The position numbers and the translations under genes are program-made. Below the pieces are notes generated by a model. It saw only the letters and a program-made list of their open reading frames with translations, was not told where the DNA came from and made no database searches. From Erysipelotrichaceae bacterium (lineage in GTDB: Bacteria; Bacillota_I; Bacilli_A; Erysipelotrichales; Erysipelotrichaceae), in NCBI GenBank assembly GCA_963663995.1, contig OY760660.1, positions 1,710,001-1,742,000 on the forward strand: a stretch of DNA of 32,000 bases, written 5' to 3'. Positions 8,262-16,095 of the stretch are shown one piece after another (positions within the stretch are counted from its first letter, which is position 1; each line of letters begins with the position of its first letter).

Positions 8262-8349
8262 TTAGATGTATATTTGAGTAAGTAAATAAATTTGTAATTA
8301 CAAATTTGAATATAGTTTTAATTGTCACAATTCAGCAGATTAAGTGGGG
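8262..8349 (+). repeat. Repeat module D (3' part only): perfect 20-bp palindrome AAATTTGTAATTACAAATTT (8288-8307), -10 TATAGT, leader motif TAAGTGGGG (8341-8349)
   Basis: Read directly. Same order and spacing of operator, -10 and leader motif as module A. It sits directly upstream of CDS 8413-9150. Confidence 0.75.
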
Positions 8350-8412
8350 TGAAATGTATAATAAACCGAATTTTATTAGAATAAATATACTATTTATGAA
8401 TAAGGGGATTTC

Positions 8413-9150
8413 ATGAAAAAGTCATTAAGAAAATTGTTATTGGCAACTATGTACTTGGTTATAGTTAATAAAACATCAACTTTAAATGTTGTTGCTAAAA
8501 TTATTAATGATTCCACCAAAAACAAAAATGATATCTGGGTGGAACAAATTAATGAAAACGGAGAATATTTAGTAAATATAATATCAGGTGAAACTATGAG
8601 CGGTTTTATATCTGTAAGTGGTGAAAGTATTTCGATTAATGAAATGAAAGAGAGACTCAATAATTACGAAGTTGAATTTACCAAAGTTATATTTATTGAA
8701 GAGAAATTAGCAAGTTGTCCTATTTTCAACATAAACTCTGAAGCAAGATATAATTTTAATAAACGGCGCGAATGGGTTTCGTGGAAATTAAATCAATTTA
8801 AAGTAACACCAACGATCGTAGGACCAGCTACAATTTCCTACGGAAATTCAATCACAACAACTGAAAGTTTTGACTTCATTCCTGTAACAGTGACTGAACC
8901 TATTAGAAATTTACTTAGAGATAATGCCTCGTTTACATGGGTTAACTTCGCTTCAAGTATAACTTATTTCGATAAGACATTTACAGTTGTTGATGGGAAA
9001 GCAGGATATGTTGCTTTTTCGCCAGCAAATAATAATATTTCAGCAGACGTAACTATCAATGGTGTACATCGTATAGTAAAAGGAACATCTCCAATAATTC
9101 TTTCAAATAATATAAATGATGGGTTTTATGCGTGTATAAATTGTATCTAA
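8413..9150 (+). CDS. Orphan protein, probably secreted, of unknown function
   Basis: 245 aa with AAGGGGA before the ATG. The N-terminus is hydrophobic (KLLLATMYLVIV). The C-terminal half is beta-rich and Ser/Thr-rich. I recognise no family motif. Confidence 0.7.
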   Translation: MKKSLRKLLLATMYLVIVNKTSTLNVVAKIINDSTKNKNDIWVEQINENGEYLVNIISGETMSGFISVSGESISINEMKERLNNYEVEFTKVIFIEEKLASCPIFNINSEARYNFNKRREWVSWKLNQFKVTPTIVGPATISYGNSITTTESFDFIPVTVTEPIRNLLRDNASFTWVNFASSITYFDKTFTVVDGKAGYVAFSPANNNISADVTINGVHRIVKGTSPIILSNNINDGFYACINCI

Positions 9151-9174
9151 AAAAATAGTTGGTTGGTGTTTATT

Positions 9175-9220
9175 AAAAAAACCTCAAGAGAAGGACTGAT
9201 AAGATCCATCTGAGGTTTTT
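9175..9220 (+). terminator. Probable terminator of CDS 8413-9150
   Basis: AACCTCA / TGAGGTT stem with an A-run before and a T-run after. The loop is unusually large (about 24 nt). Confidence 0.55.
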
Positions 9221-9265
9221 AAATGTAAGCTCTAGGTCAAATGTTGGAATAATTCAAAAAATAAC

Positions 9266-9439
9266 TTAGCCGATAAATATTTACTTTTTTGTGTTTATAG
9301 ATCAGTCTAATAAATAGAGCTTCTTAACATATCTTACCAATATATAACTGAATGAGTATGTTCAAGACAATAAGAATAATTTGCAATTACTTATGTGAAT
9401 ATAGGATGAATTATCATAATACGATTGATATAAGTGGTG
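9266..9439 (+). repeat. Repeat module C (orphan copy at the island's right edge): degenerate operator ATTTGCAATTACTTAT (9379-9394) and leader motif TAAGTGGTG
   Basis: Collinear by eye with modules A and B. Only a 40-codon ORF (9444-9566) follows. Confidence 0.7.
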
Positions 9440-9810
9440 TAATATGGAAAATAATTTTTCCAAAAATAAGTTTAAAATTATCCATAAAAAATCTTTTTTA
9501 TTAATTTTGGATTCAGTCAATGATTTTTCAAAAAGATTCACAATCCATAGGGACAATTTTCATTAATTTCTGATATTTAAGGTAATATAGCGTTTTCATC
9601 AAACAATAAAAGTAAGTGATTTTACATTTGTTCTATGTATGTTTATTGTAGTATATTTGCTCAAGTAATTTATATCCTTAGAATCTTAACAACATATATT
9701 CAGTTAATGGTTTTTAGACGTTAAAAAACTAACTATCCTTTTTATATTATTTCCATAATAAGTAAAAATTAGAATGATTAATATTTATTTAGTTATTACT
9801 TGCATTTCTA

Positions 9811-10983
9811 TTACTTTTCGATAAAGGATTGTAGTTTATCCATTCCAATTGCACCAAGAGGAGCTGTCACTAATATTGCAAGTACAGCCATTGCTAAGAT
9901 GGTATTACCACTCTCTAGTCCAACGCTAAGTGGTATAGCACCAATCGCTGCTTGTACGGTTGCTTTAGGTGAATAAGCGACCATACAATAAAGTTTCTCT
10001 TTAAATGTAAAATGATTCTTTGACACTGAAATAAAAACACCAATAGATCTAAAGAATAAACCAATCATAAGTAAGATTAAAGCACTTAATCCGATGTATT
10101 GCAGATGATTTAAATCTACGATTGCTCCAACTAAGACAAAGAGTAATAACTCTGCCGCAACCCATGTTTTGTTGAATTTTGAAGATAAACGATGCGCCAA
10201 AATTGGGTAATGTTGAAGTAAAGCAATGCCCATTGCTAGGATTGAAATGTAACCTGAAAAAGGGATAAAGTCTCCATAATAAGATTCAATATTAACAAGC
10301 ACAAATGAAGTGGCTAATAGGATTAGATATTTTACTGTATCTCTAATATGAAATCTCTTGAAAAATTTGACTAATAAAATACTGATTAGAATACCCATTA
10401 AGATACCTGTTAAAAGACCAATCGGTAACTTTATAAAGGTCATGGCATTGATGCTTTGTCCAAGTGCTAATGCGAGAAATGAACTAAATAACACAATAAC
10501 AAATACATCATCGACTGATGCACCAGCCATGATTAATTGTGGAATCTTCTTATGATTAACTTGATCATTGTTGATGAGTTTCAGCATACGAGGTACCACC
10601 ACTGCTGGTGAAACAGCCGCAATGATACTTGCTAGTAGTGCTGCATCAATGGTAGATAGACCTAAGAAAATGGGAGCTAATAAAGTGATGGTGATTATTT
10701 CAATACTTGCCGGTAAAAAGGATAATAATATAGCTGGGCGTCCTATTTTCTTCAAATCTTCGATATCCAAAGCTAAGCCAGCTCTTAGTAAAATGACGAT
10801 TAAAGCAACTTGTCTTAGTTCACTTGAAATATATAATATTTTTGAGTCGATTAAATTTAAACTATGAGGACCTAAAAGCATACCTGCAATCATCATACCG
10901 ATTAATCCAGGTAATTTAAGATGGTTTAAAATGCCGCTAAACAGTAATCCTGTTAATAAAATAATCGCTAAACTCAATAACAT
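9811..10983 (-). CDS. Cation:proton antiporter (Na+/H+ exchanger family)
   Basis: 390 aa, highly hydrophobic with about 11-12 TM segments. The N-terminus LPGLIGMMIAGMLLGP is typical of CPA-type exchangers. Confidence 0.8.
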   Translation of the reverse strand: MLLSLAIILLTGLLFSGILNHLKLPGLIGMMIAGMLLGPHSLNLIDSKILYISSELRQVALIVILLRAGLALDIEDLKKIGRPAILLSFLPASIEIITITLLAPIFLGLSTIDAALLASIIAAVSPAVVVPRMLKLINNDQVNHKKIPQLIMAGASVDDVFVIVLFSSFLALALGQSINAMTFIKLPIGLLTGILMGILISILLVKFFKRFHIRDTVKYLILLATSFVLVNIESYYGDFIPFSGYISILAMGIALLQHYPILAHRLSSKFNKTWVAAELLLFVLVGAIVDLNHLQYIGLSALILLMIGLFFRSIGVFISVSKNHFTFKEKLYCMVAYSPKATVQAAIGAIPLSVGLESGNTILAMAVLAILVTAPLGAIGMDKLQSFIEK

Positions 10984-11051
10984 AATCTAGTTATAGCATG
11001 TTCATTGTAAAAGACAAAGATAATAATGTATATTATAAGAAAAGGGGACAG

Positions 11052-11420
11052 ATGATGAAAAAAATCTTCTTATTATTAAGTATGCTATTAGCATTAACTG
11101 CCTGTACTTCAAGTGCGAATGTCACAAAAATTAGCGCAAAAGAAGCAAAAGAAATGATCGATACTGAAGAAGTTATTATTGTAGATGTAAGAACTCAAGA
11201 AGAATACAATGAGTCTCATATTGAAAATGCAATATTAATTCCAAACGAGACAATTGATTCGGAACCTGCTGAATTACCAGATAAATCGGCCACGATTTTA
11301 GTTTATTGTCGATCAGGCAATCGTTCAGCTCAAGCAGCAGCAAAATTAGCTGATTTAGGCTATACAAATGTCTATGATTTTGGTGGCATTATAGATTGGC
11401 CATATGCTATTGTTAAGTAA
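11052..11420 (+). CDS. Rhodanese-domain lipoprotein (sulfurtransferase-like)
   Basis: Lipobox LLALTAC follows MMKKIFLLLSM. The rhodanese active-site loop CRSGNRS is present. The start at 11052 is preceded by AAAAGGGGA. Confidence 0.85.
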   Translation: MMKKIFLLLSMLLALTACTSSANVTKISAKEAKEMIDTEEVIIVDVRTQEEYNESHIENAILIPNETIDSEPAELPDKSATILVYCRSGNRSAQAAAKLADLGYTNVYDFGGIIDWPYAIVK

Positions 11421-11422
11421 TC

Positions 11423-12073
11423 ATGGCGAGAAAAGCACGAAATACATTAGATTCAAATCTTGTTTTAATTACCCAAGTTTCACAATGTGAAGTTTTTCGT
11501 GATGATAGTGATCGTGAACATTTCTTAACTTTAATAGAAAAAACACAGAACCAGTATAACTGTAATATATTAGCTTTTTGTTGCTCTGAGGATTTTGGTT
11601 TCCAAATAGTTTTAGATACGAAGAGTGCGAATCTATCACGAATTATGCAATCTATTCAAATATCTTATGCGATGTATCGTAAATGTGAAGAAAGATTATT
11701 TGAGCAACGGTATAAATCTTATCCACTTTATTCGGTTGAGCAGCTCAAAGAAAAGATTCAAGAAATAGGATTAAAAGATCCGCAATTTGCAGGCTGTTGT
11801 TTTATGAAGGATGAAACACATTCATGGATGAGAAAAGTGAATTTAGATGCAACTCAATTCGCTCGTAGTGAACATGAGATCAATAGTCGAACTTATCTGC
11901 AAAAGTATCTTGATGAGCATGGATTAACTTTTGAAGATTTATTAAAAGATAAAGTTTTACGTAACAAGGCAATCTTTGAATTACGACAAAATTCGAGCTG
12001 TACATTAAAGAGACTATCAATAGCCTTTAATTTATCGGAATCGACTATTTCAAAAATCCTTAAACAATTTTAA
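11423..12073 (+). CDS. IS200/RayT-like (Y1 HUH-superfamily fold) protein lacking the HUH motif, with a C-terminal HTH
   Basis: The N-terminus MARKARN...FRDDSDREHFL...ILAFCC...LSRIMQSIQISYAMY...RLFEQRYKS is collinear with REP-associated/IS200-like tyrosine transposases. The position of the His-hydrophobic-His motif reads SEDFGFQ. The C-terminal LKRLSIAFNLSESTISKILK looks like an HTH. Confidence 0.6.
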   Translation: MARKARNTLDSNLVLITQVSQCEVFRDDSDREHFLTLIEKTQNQYNCNILAFCCSEDFGFQIVLDTKSANLSRIMQSIQISYAMYRKCEERLFEQRYKSYPLYSVEQLKEKIQEIGLKDPQFAGCCFMKDETHSWMRKVNLDATQFARSEHEINSRTYLQKYLDEHGLTFEDLLKDKVLRNKAIFELRQNSSCTLKRLSIAFNLSESTISKILKQF

Positions 12074-12143
12074 AAAAACGGAAGCAAAGTTCTTTACAAT
12101 TCAAGTTCTGTCCCCTATACTATCCATTGTAGGAGGAATACAC

Positions 12144-13106
12144 ATGAGTTTCAACTTTGCTTTTAAAACGGAAACGAAGTCTGTTGATACTTCCATTACC
12201 TATGATTTTGTAACTATTGGTGGTGGACCTGCATCATTCAATGCTGCATTATATGCAAAACGTAAAGGTTTAAAAACGTTAATGATTGCAAAAAAAATAG
12301 GTGGTAATCTATTAGATACCGATCAAGTCGAAAACTATTTAGGATTTAAAATGATTAGTGGTGAAGGTTTAACAGAAAGTTTCGAAAATCATCTAAAATC
12401 ATTAGATGTTGAGTATATCAGTGATACTTTGGTAAAAAGTCTATCAAAGGCAAATAATTTGTTTCAAATAGAACTTGAAACAGGTGAAATATTAAATAGT
12501 AAAACAGTTATGGTAGCGACAGGGTCACAAGCAAGACACTTAGGAGTTAAAGGCGAAGAAACCTTTAAAAACACTGGAGTTGCTTATTGTGCTATCTGTG
12601 ATGCACCCTTATATAAAGATAAAATTGTTGTGATTGCGGGGGGTGGAAATTCAGCTGTAGAAGCAGCAATAGATGTTGCGAAATATGCTAAGAAAGTTAT
12701 TGTTGTACATCGCTCAGAATTTAGAGCTGATGCAATTCTAATGGAGCGTATGGAAGCGATTGAAGGCATCGAAATCTATAAGCAAACACAAATCTTAGAA
12801 CTTGTTGGTAATCAAAGATTAGAAGCAATAAAAGTAATTGATAAAGTAACAAGTGAAGAGAGATTAATAAAAACAGAAGGCATATTTATTGAAATTGGGC
12901 ATGTACCAAATTCAAACTTAGTAAAGGATTTAGTCGAACTAAATTCACAAAATGAAATTGTTGTTGATCAAAAACAACAAACTAACATTGAAGGTTTATT
13001 TGCGGCAGGGGATGTCACAAACACGCCTTATAAACAAATTATATTAGCTGCAGCTGATGGCGCAAAAGCCGCTCTTGCTGCAAGTGAATATGTAATACAC
13101 CATTAA
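12144..13106 (+). CDS. Thioredoxin-reductase-like FAD/NAD(P)H disulfide oxidoreductase
   Basis: FAD-binding motif GGGPAS, redox-active CAIC (TrxR has CATC), NAD(P)H motif GGGNSAVEAA with HRSEFRA, and C-terminal GDV. AGGAGG lies upstream. Confidence 0.85.
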   Translation: MSFNFAFKTETKSVDTSITYDFVTIGGGPASFNAALYAKRKGLKTLMIAKKIGGNLLDTDQVENYLGFKMISGEGLTESFENHLKSLDVEYISDTLVKSLSKANNLFQIELETGEILNSKTVMVATGSQARHLGVKGEETFKNTGVAYCAICDAPLYKDKIVVIAGGGNSAVEAAIDVAKYAKKVIVVHRSEFRADAILMERMEAIEGIEIYKQTQILELVGNQRLEAIKVIDKVTSEERLIKTEGIFIEIGHVPNSNLVKDLVELNSQNEIVVDQKQQTNIEGLFAAGDVTNTPYKQIILAAADGAKAALAASEYVIHH

Positions 13107-13121
13107 CAAAGGAGAAAAACA

Positions 13122-13760
13122 ATGGAAAAATTATTAAACACTGAAGTAGAAAATCAACTAAAAGATGTCTTCAATGGTATGACATCAGAAATCACAATGG
13201 TTTTATTCACATCAAAAGATGCGTGTGAAACTTGTGAACCTACAGAACAATTATTAACTGAAGTCGCTGCATTATCTGACAAAATTAATGTTGAATTAAA
13301 AGATATTACAGATGCTGATGCGAAGAAATATGATATTGAACGTGTACCATCATTTGTTGTTTTAAATGACAAAGGTGAAGACAAAGGGGTTAAATTCAAT
13401 GGTATCCCTGCTGGACATGAAATCAACTCATTCGTAAGTGCAATTATGGAAATGGGAGGGGCTGCATCTGAAGTACCTTCTGAAATAATTGAACGTATTG
13501 CGAAAATTGACAAACCTGTTAACATCAAAGTATTTGTTACACTATCTTGCCCACATTGCCCAGGAGCTGTTCAAAAAGCACACAAACTTGCAATGTTGAA
13601 TCCTAATGTAACCGGCGAAATGGTTGAAGCACAAACATTCTATGAGCTATCACAAAAATTCAATGTTTCTGGTGTACCAAAAATTATTATCAACGATTCT
13701 TTAGAACTTGTTGGTAATCAACCTATTGAAGCTTTCTTAGATCAAATTGAAAGTTTATAA
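13122..13760 (+). CDS. Two-unit thioredoxin-fold protein disulfide oxidoreductase (PDO / glutaredoxin-like / AhpF N-terminal-like)
   Basis: 212 aa with two CXXC motifs (CETC in the N-terminal unit, CPHC in the C-terminal unit). The size and layout match archaeal/Thermotoga PDO-type proteins. It starts 15 nt after the TrxR-like gene. Confidence 0.75.
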   Translation: MEKLLNTEVENQLKDVFNGMTSEITMVLFTSKDACETCEPTEQLLTEVAALSDKINVELKDITDADAKKYDIERVPSFVVLNDKGEDKGVKFNGIPAGHEINSFVSAIMEMGGAASEVPSEIIERIAKIDKPVNIKVFVTLSCPHCPGAVQKAHKLAMLNPNVTGEMVEAQTFYELSQKFNVSGVPKIIINDSLELVGNQPIEAFLDQIESL

Positions 13761-13767
13761 GACTAAA

Positions 13768-13796
13768 GGGCAGTTCAAATTGAACTGTCTTTTTTG
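13768..13796 (+). terminator. Rho-independent terminator
   Basis: CAGTTCA-AAT-TGAACTG hairpin followed by TCTTTTTT. Confidence 0.8.
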
Positions 13797-13814
13797 TGGT
13801 ATATTAATGTCCGT

Positions 13815-14720
13815 ATGAGAACTGAAGAAAAACAACTTAAATTAATCTGGAAGAAGATTGGTCAACTAGATCGTCATTACTATAAAAATGCAGTTGAACC
13901 AAAGGGTGCTTTTGTTTCTGAAAGTATTAATTATCTTAATGATGATAATCCAATGCATGAGTTAGAAGTAGTATTGCCTAATGAAAATAATCAGTGTCTA
14001 CCAGTGATTATCAATATTCATGGTGGGGCATGGATTTATGGTGAAAAAGATTCGTATTACAAATATTATTGTATGGAACTTGCCCAGTTTAATTATGCTG
14101 TTATTAGTATTAATTATCGTTTAGCTTTTGAAGAGCCATTTCCTTCAATGATTGAAGATATCTTTGCGGTGTTTGCATGGTTAGAAAATCAAACAAGCTA
14201 CGATTTTGATTTAAACAATATTTTCTTAGTGGGTGATTCTGCAGGGGCACATTTAGCGGCACTATCTGCACAAATTACACAGTCTGATATATTACTGAAA
14301 CAATATCAAGTAACTCAGCCAAAATTTACGATACGTGGATTAGGTTTAAGTTCAGGTGTCTATGATTTTGATGAATTAATGGAAGGTGATAATGAACTAC
14401 CATTAAAAAAGACATTGCTAGAAGTTATGTTTAAACGAATTGATTTTAGAAATAATCCAATTTATCCATATGCATCCGTATCAAAGAATTTAAACAGTGA
14501 TTTTACACCTGCTTATGTTGTGTCATCCTTAGCTGATCCACTAACACATGAGTCAAAAAGATTTGTTGAGGAACTCAGTGAAAAAGGCTGTCATTTTAAG
14601 CAACATTTCTTTGATAAATCCTTAGAATTACCTCATGTATTTAATCTAAAAAGTATCTATCCTGAGAGTGATTTAGTAAACTCAGAAATGATTGCATTCT
14701 TTGACTCTTTAAAGGCTTGA
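13815..14720 (+). CDS. Alpha/beta hydrolase, HSL-type esterase/lipase
   Basis: Oxyanion-hole motif HGGAW and nucleophile elbow GDSAGAH. The listed TTG at 13794 lies inside the upstream terminator, so the ATG at 13815 is preferred. The start remains uncertain. Confidence 0.8.
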   Translation: MRTEEKQLKLIWKKIGQLDRHYYKNAVEPKGAFVSESINYLNDDNPMHELEVVLPNENNQCLPVIINIHGGAWIYGEKDSYYKYYCMELAQFNYAVISINYRLAFEEPFPSMIEDIFAVFAWLENQTSYDFDLNNIFLVGDSAGAHLAALSAQITQSDILLKQYQVTQPKFTIRGLGLSSGVYDFDELMEGDNELPLKKTLLEVMFKRIDFRNNPIYPYASVSKNLNSDFTPAYVVSSLADPLTHESKRFVEELSEKGCHFKQHFFDKSLELPHVFNLKSIYPESDLVNSEMIAFFDSLKA

Positions 14721-14758
14721 TTCTGTTTATCTTAAATGATAAACTTAAAAAGCCTTAT

Positions 14759-14834
14759 GGACGCTTAGCTCAGCTGGGAGAGCACTACCTTGACGTGGTA
14801 GGGGTCATGGGTTCGAGTCCCTTAGCGTCCACCA
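14759..14834 (+). tRNA. tRNA-Val (anticodon GAC)
   Basis: Cloverleaf folded by hand: acceptor GGACGCT/AGCGTCC, anticodon stem CTACC/GGTAG, loop TTGACGT, GGTTCGAGT T-loop, encoded CCA. Confidence 0.9.
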
Positions 14835-14844
14835 TTTATTTTAT

Positions 14845-14920
14845 GCGCCCGTGGCGCAATGGATAGCGCATTTGATTCCGATTCAAAAGGTTGCAGGTTC
14901 GACTCCTGTCGGGCGCGCCA
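14845..14920 (+). tRNA. tRNA-Arg (anticodon CCG)
   Basis: Acceptor GCGCCCG/CGGGCGC, anticodon stem TTTGA/TCAAA, loop TTCCGAT, encoded CCA. Confidence 0.9.
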
Positions 14921-14940
14921 TTTAACGGGTTAAATATTGC

Positions 14941-15016
14941 GGGGATTTAGCTCAGCTGGAAGAGCACAACGCTGGCAGCGTTGGGGTCGTGGGTTCGAGT
15001 CCCATAATCTCCACCA
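14941..15016 (+). tRNA. tRNA-Ala (anticodon GGC)
   Basis: The G3:U70 wobble pair (the Ala identity element) is present. Anticodon stem CAACG/CGTTG, loop CTGGCAG, encoded CCA. Confidence 0.9.
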
Positions 15017-15028
15017 TCAAAAAAAACT

Positions 15029-15054
15029 TAAGCTCAGCATTGCTGAGCTTTTAT
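15029..15054. terminator. Bidirectional terminator between the tRNA cluster and the convergent gene 15056-15487
   Basis: TAAGCTCAGC/GCTGAGCTT hairpin with an A-run upstream and a T-run downstream. Confidence 0.8.
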
Positions 15055-15055
15055 A

Positions 15056-15487
15056 TTAATAGACCTTATTTTGTTTGATTGCTTCTTTGTCTTTTGCAGT
15101 CCCGATTGCGACACCAATTGCTAAGCCAAATGTAATACCCAGGGCAATAGATGAGGAATTGCTGCTTGAAAAGGCCGCTCCAATTCCTGTACCCATTGTT
15201 AAACCGAGTGCTAAATAAGTATTTCGATAATAATCTTTTTCAACCAATCCATATTTTTCTTTAACAGAATTGAATAATTTAACCGATGTTTTTTTGACCT
15301 CTTTAAATGATCTATTCTGTAAAAGACTTGTTATATGAGTATAACTACTAATTATGTTATTATCTGTAATTCCCATTTCTGACAACTTATTAGCTAAGTT
15401 AATAAGTTTGTGAATAAACAACTTTTTTTGTTCTTTTTCACTAAGTTGATCCATTAAAAATTCTAGTTTTTTGATTATTTCTTGCAT
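15056..15487 (-). CDS. Hypothetical protein with a C-terminal glycine-zipper membrane segment
   Basis: 143 aa with a helical N-terminal part. The C-terminus GLTMGTGIGAAF...ALGITFGLAIGVAIG is a glycine-zipper-like TM region. Confidence 0.6.
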   Translation of the reverse strand: MQEIIKKLEFLMDQLSEKEQKKLFIHKLINLANKLSEMGITDNNIISSYTHITSLLQNRSFKEVKKTSVKLFNSVKEKYGLVEKDYYRNTYLALGLTMGTGIGAAFSSSNSSSIALGITFGLAIGVAIGTAKDKEAIKQNKVY

Positions 15488-15561
15488 ATTCCTATTCTAA
15501 CACAGCTTTTTCAAGAAGATATTAATTGAAAATCCTGCTTGAACAAAGTAGGATAGGTCAC

Positions 15562-16092
15562 ATGAGAAATATTAAAACACTAACATATGCCGCAATGTTT
15601 GCGATTATTCTAAGTATTTCAGCTTATATCAGTATTCCACTTCCTAGTTTCACAGTATCCTTTACACTTCAAACATTGGTTTTAATGTTGATTGGTTTAA
15701 GCATGCCTTTTGATGTGGCAGTTACTTCAGTTCTTTTATATCTATTTTTGGGTGTCGTTGGTTTACCTGTGTTTTCACATGGGCAAGCTGGTCTTACAAC
15801 GCTCTTTGGACCTACGGGTGGTTATCTTATTGGTTTTGTGTTTGCGACTGCCTTTATGGCTCTGTTTAAGTCAAAAAATATGGTAAGTCGATTCTTATCT
15901 GCATTTATGGGTGGAGTCATCATAGTGTATATCTTTGGTGTAATAGGTTTAATATGGGTATTAGAGATAAACATGATGGATGCGATTATGATAGGTGTGA
16001 TCCCATTCATAGTATTAGATACAATTAAAGCGATAATGGCTGCTTATTTTGTATCGAAGTATCCCTCAGTGTTTAGTCGATTTAGGAGATAA
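15562..16092 (+). CDS. bioY: Biotin transporter BioY (ECF S component)
   Basis: The FTLQTLVLMLIG and GPTGGYLIGF motifs are typical of BioY, with about 6 TM segments. The ATG at 15562 is preferred over the listed TTG. Confidence 0.85.
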   Translation: MRNIKTLTYAAMFAIILSISAYISIPLPSFTVSFTLQTLVLMLIGLSMPFDVAVTSVLLYLFLGVVGLPVFSHGQAGLTTLFGPTGGYLIGFVFATAFMALFKSKNMVSRFLSAFMGGVIIVYIFGVIGLIWVLEINMMDAIMIGVIPFIVLDTIKAIMAAYFVSKYPSVFSRFRR

Positions 16093-16095
16093 ACG

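Noticed and set aside
3392-9439. Possibility that the repeated modules form a CRISPR array or a similar short-repeat array
   Set aside because: The repeats are about 90-230 bp long and diverged, not short and identical. They are irregularly spaced by kilobases and contain promoter elements. No cas genes are present.
9362-9556. 64-aa ORF on the minus strand in the island's right end
   Set aside because: It runs antisense through repeat module C and has no Shine-Dalgarno sequence. Its low-complexity, AT-driven composition makes a chance ORF most likely.
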